Shown here: one piece after another, positions 17,152 through 20,000 of the stretch
Layout of the letters: each line of letters starts with the position of its first letter
Numbering within the stretch: the stretch's first letter is position 1
Assembly (NCBI GenBank): GCA_012862495.1
Contig: BLSG01000394.1
Coordinates: 53,685-73,684, forward strand
Length of the DNA: 20,000 nucleotides
Source of the DNA: Thraustochytrium aureum
Lineage: Eukaryota
Direction: 5' to 3'
Program-made: the position numbers and the translations under genes
Notes under the pieces: model-generated
Told to the model about the DNA's origin: nothing
Database searches by the model: none
What the model saw: the letters and a program-made list of their open reading frames with translations, nothing else

Positions 17152-17822
17152 ATGCGCGCCAAGGCTGCTGTGGCGTGGATCGCTGCACTTGCCACGCTGC
17201 CAGGGCGCGGCCAAGGCGCCGAACTTACTGGAGCGGCCGTCACGTGCGGAGGGCTGCCGCCACCCTCGCAGTACTTTGACAAGAGCCGGAAGCCGCTCTT
17301 TGTCACGGGGCTGCACGAGCGCTGCGCGCAGTGGGAGGGCACGAACGCTTGCTGCACCAAGGACGAAGTCTTTGCCGCCGTCAACGGCGCGACGGAAAAC
17401 TTGCAGTCGCTCAACCTGATAGACGACGGTTCAGGAGGAGAGACGCACTGTTTTTAGGCTTCTACGGCCAGGAGTGTCTAGCGCACCTCGAATGGCTCGC
17501 ATGCGCACGACACTGCCGACCCGCTCGCACCTGCAACGCCAGCGACGGCGACCCCGTCAGTGATGCGTCGGTTTGCTATGAGAGGTTCACGGCACGTCGC
17601 GGCATCGACTCGGTGCTCTATCCGTCCGCCGGTAACGCTTGCGAGCGAGCAGCAGAGATCCAGGACCTGGGCTCTTGTGCAGCGGTTCTTGTCATCGGCG
17701 AGTCAGAGCTTGCACTCGCCGTTGGGGACGGGCAGGCTATTTGCCGGTCTTTCGCGGCCCGCTTGGTTGTCGCTGTGCTCCTGCAATGCGCTGTGGCCCT
17801 GCTTGCGATCTCTTCCAGCTAG
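17152..17822 (+). CDS. Secreted, probably GPI-anchored Cys-rich protein of the folate-receptor-like fold, interrupted by a frameshift at 17451-17457 (assembly indel, pseudogene or tiny intron)
   Basis: gccATG at 17152 starts a signal peptide (MRAKAAVAWIAALATLPGRGQGA). The Cys pattern C..W..NACCT ... THC / ECLAHLEWLACARHCRP parallels folate receptor C.PW..NACC ... NHC...C..HF....C...C.P. The first half stops at TAG 17455-17457; the second half continues in the -1 frame to a hydrophobic tail (LVVAVLLQCAVALLAISSS*). Confidence 0.7.
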
Positions 17823-18057
17823 CTGGATTTCTCGATGGCCCTGCGCGGCGAAGCGACGGCTCGCCCAAGCCACGACGAGCTCGCCTACGAGCTCGCCAAA
17901 GCTGGTCGCCATCGAGTTGGTCGGTGCACCTCCAGAAGTCAGACCTTTGTGTGTGTGTGCAGTCGATGCCGAATCAGCATCACCCGTGCCCACAGAGCGG
18001 CGCGGAAGTTTACGGAAGGAAGGAGTGCTTTGTTGAAGCACGTAATGGCCGCGTGGC

Positions 18058-18285
18058 GCTGCGCGGTGACTCCAAGGTGTGCCTTGGATTTCGGCACGTT
18101 CGGGCCTACTTCGGGGCGCGCACGTCACCGGGACGGTCGAGTGAGTCAGGTGACAAACAAAGCGAAGCGAGCTGCGCGGTGACTCCAAGGTGTGCCTTGG
18201 ATTTCGGCACGTTCGGGCCTACTTCGGGGCGCGCACGGCACCTGGACGGTCGAGTGAGTCAGGTGACAAACAAAGCGAAGCGAGC
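18058..18285. repeat. 113-bp tandem direct duplication (2 copies, 2 substitutions)
   Basis: Copy 1 is 18058-18170 and copy 2 is 18171-18283, followed by GC. They differ only at cacgTcaccGggac vs cacgGcaccTggac. Confidence 0.97.
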
Positions 18286-18737
18286 GCTTTAAACCAGTCT
18301 GACAAACGCCCTTCTGTGCCGCCAGCAGAGGCGAACCTGTAGACGTTTCCGTTGATGTGGTCGTGCAGTTCCAAGACGGACTTGTTGAGTTCGACGGTGC
18401 AATGATCCAGGCATACGACGCCTCTCGGGAAGTGGTCTTCGCGGCGAGCGTAGTAGTACAGAAAGTGGCCTTGGATTACGGTAAAGCGTTTTGGCCAGGA
18501 CCAGAAGAACAAATTGCGCTGCTTGCAGAGAAGCCCGCTCAGCGCTGGGGCGGCCCTGAGCGCCTCCGCGGCGCCGTGGACGTCGGCGCTGGTCCGTCGC
18601 TGCCGCAACGAACTGCTGGCATCAAGCGGTCCTTTTCGCCACAGGCTCGCCGCACCCTGGACCGCCAGAGCAACTTCGTGCACAGCCGCTGCGAAGCAGG
18701 ACGTCAGGGCAAGTGCAAGGAGGGCAAAGGCCGCCAT
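18219..18737 (-). CDS. Small PH-domain protein (172 aa) with N-terminal hydrophobic segment
   Basis: LSGLLCKQ...WSWPKRFTVIQGHFLYYY...PRGVVCL...YRF.......DWFKAL is a canonical PH signature. The only ATG in the ORF is at 18737 (cccATGG), followed by AAFALLALALTSCFAAAV. Confidence 0.8.
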   Translation of the reverse strand: MAAFALLALALTSCFAAAVHEVALAVQGAASLWRKGPLDASSSLRQRRTSADVHGAAEALRAAPALSGLLCKQRNLFFWSWPKRFTVIQGHFLYYYARREDHFPRGVVCLDHCTVELNKSVLELHDHINGNVYRFASAGGTEGRLSDWFKALASLCLSPDSLDRPGAVRAPK

Positions 18738-19073
18738 GGGGGCTCCTCTTGGACTAGGGGCTCGTTGCTCTGCTTGTTGCTTGCTCGTGGCCGTGCTGCT
18801 GGCCGGCGCTGCCCTGGCAAGCTCTCTTGCAACGCAGGTTGCTTGCTGGCTGGATGGAGTGGCACAGTGACGATGTGATGCCAGTCCGCCGCTGTCGACG
18901 GCGCTTACAACGTCGTCGCGTGGTTTTATTACCGGACCCTGCGCCAAGCCAGCAACAATCCATTGAGAACCAGTCGGAAACGGAGCCTGCGCGATGGCCC
19001 CAGCCGCCAGTGGCGCATGAGTAGGAAGGAAGGCCTTGCTGGAGAGCGACACGTGCGTGTGTCGTTTAAAGTA

Positions 19074-20000
19074 TTACACTTTCTTGAGATCAAGGTCCAG
19101 TCCAGCGAATTTGGCCAAGTCCAGCGGAGCTGCATCAGCCGGCAACGGCGCTGCGGCATGGGGGTCGAACGGGCGGCCGGTGCGCAGTGCAAACTGCAGA
19201 ACGCCACCCACAGGGCGGCGCAGCGCCTTGTCCATGAGGGGAAAGTCCCCCGCAATGCTCGTCCCGTTCAGCAGCGCACCAAGCTCAACGCCAACTTTGC
19301 CCAGAAACACGGGCGGCGCTGGGGCCGCCGTCGCCGGCGCTCGGGAGCCCCAAGGCAGGCTGAACAAACCGCCGCCGCCCCCGCCGCCGCCGCGCCGAGA
19401 CGCGCTCGTCGAATCAGCCTCAAGCTGGGTCCCGAAGATACTTATCACCGCCTTTTTGCGCGGCATTCGTCGCAAAACCATCCGCGCCAACTTGGACTCG
19501 CCACGAGGGATCGCTGCCCGCGCAACGCCAAGCCACTCTACGTGGTCGAGGCGGCTGCACGCGCCACCCGCAGGAGCTGGAACTTGGAGCGAAATCGAGC
19601 CGTCCGGGTCGGCTTCAGAGGCTGGAAGCTGAAAGACAGCCTCGGCTGTGAGTTGAAAGGGCACGGCTTGCGACGAGGCTGCCTTGTTCTCCTCAAGGTT
19701 GCGCAGCGCAACGACGGCCACCTCGACGTCTCCATCAGTAGCAGCTGCGTGCGCCTCCAAGAAGGAGAGGTCCGACCGCAAAAGCTCGAGCCCGCGGGCG
19801 GAAGGCAGCTGTTCGCGAAGCCACCCGCCGAGGGGAGCACTCGACAGGTCAAGAGCCGCGATCGCCTGCAGCAGCTCACCCGCGTACGCGCCCCACCGGC
19901 GGCGCTGCTCTGCTCCGACGGAACGCAGGGGCTTGCGCCCGAGGAGTGCAAGAAAGCCAAACAGGCGCTCTTGGTCGCGAGCCAAGCCAAACTCTTCTTG
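19074..20000 (-). CDS. 5'-truncated protein ending in a CC2D1/Lgd-like C2 domain
   Basis: Frame is open from the window edge (QEEFGLARDQER…) to TAA at 19076-19074. RKKAVISIF...GGLFS...FLGKVGVELGALL....I.GDFPLMD..RRPVGGVLQFALRTGRP resembles the C-terminal C2 of CC2D1A/B (GGLF...LG...L..L...RRPTGG.L....R.R.P), from recall. Confidence 0.7.
   Translation of the reverse strand, partial: QEEFGLARDQERLFGFLALLGRKPLRSVGAEQRRRWGAYAGELLQAIAALDLSSAPLGGWLREQLPSARGLELLRSDLSFLEAHAAATDGDVEVAVVALRNLEENKAASSQAVPFQLTAEAVFQLPASEADPDGSISLQVPAPAGGACSRLDHVEWLGVARAAIPRGESKLARMVLRRMPRKKAVISIFGTQLEADSTSASRRGGGGGGGGLFSLPWGSRAPATAAPAPPVFLGKVGVELGALLNGTSIAGDFPLMDKALRRPVGGVLQFALRTGRPFDPHAAAPLPADAAPLDLAKFAGLDLDLKKV

Noticed and set aside
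18058..18285. Palindrome-containing repeat as a CRISPR array or transposon end
   Set aside because: Only two contiguous units, with no spacers, no cas or transposase gene, and a eukaryotic context.

Overview
GC-rich, gene-dense, apparently intron-poor eukaryotic scaffold with two N-gaps (7817-7931, 15537-15671). It is most likely from a flagellated protist; a stramenopile such as a thraustochytrid is only a guess from genome style. Eight protein-coding loci are supported: (1) the 3' part of a giant single-pass membrane protein with a long coiled-coil tail and a degenerate zincin-like domain, (2) a CEP164-like WW + DM10-like protein, (3) a TTLL6/13-type tubulin polyglutamylase, (4) a GPR180/TMEM145-family 7TM protein, (5) a tesmin/TSO1/LIN54 CXC protein, (6) a frameshifted folate-receptor-like secreted protein, (7) a small PH protein whose 3' end is tandemly duplicated, and (8) the 3' part of a CC2D1/Lgd-like C2 protein. 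The least explained DNA is the 16.0-16.8 kb intergenic region. It holds a ~140-nt imperfect hairpin overlapping a 30/38 match to the conserved SSU rRNA helix-27 region, plus a cluster of CHR/E2F-like motifs upstream of the LIN54-like gene. All family assignments come from recalled motifs; no database search was run.
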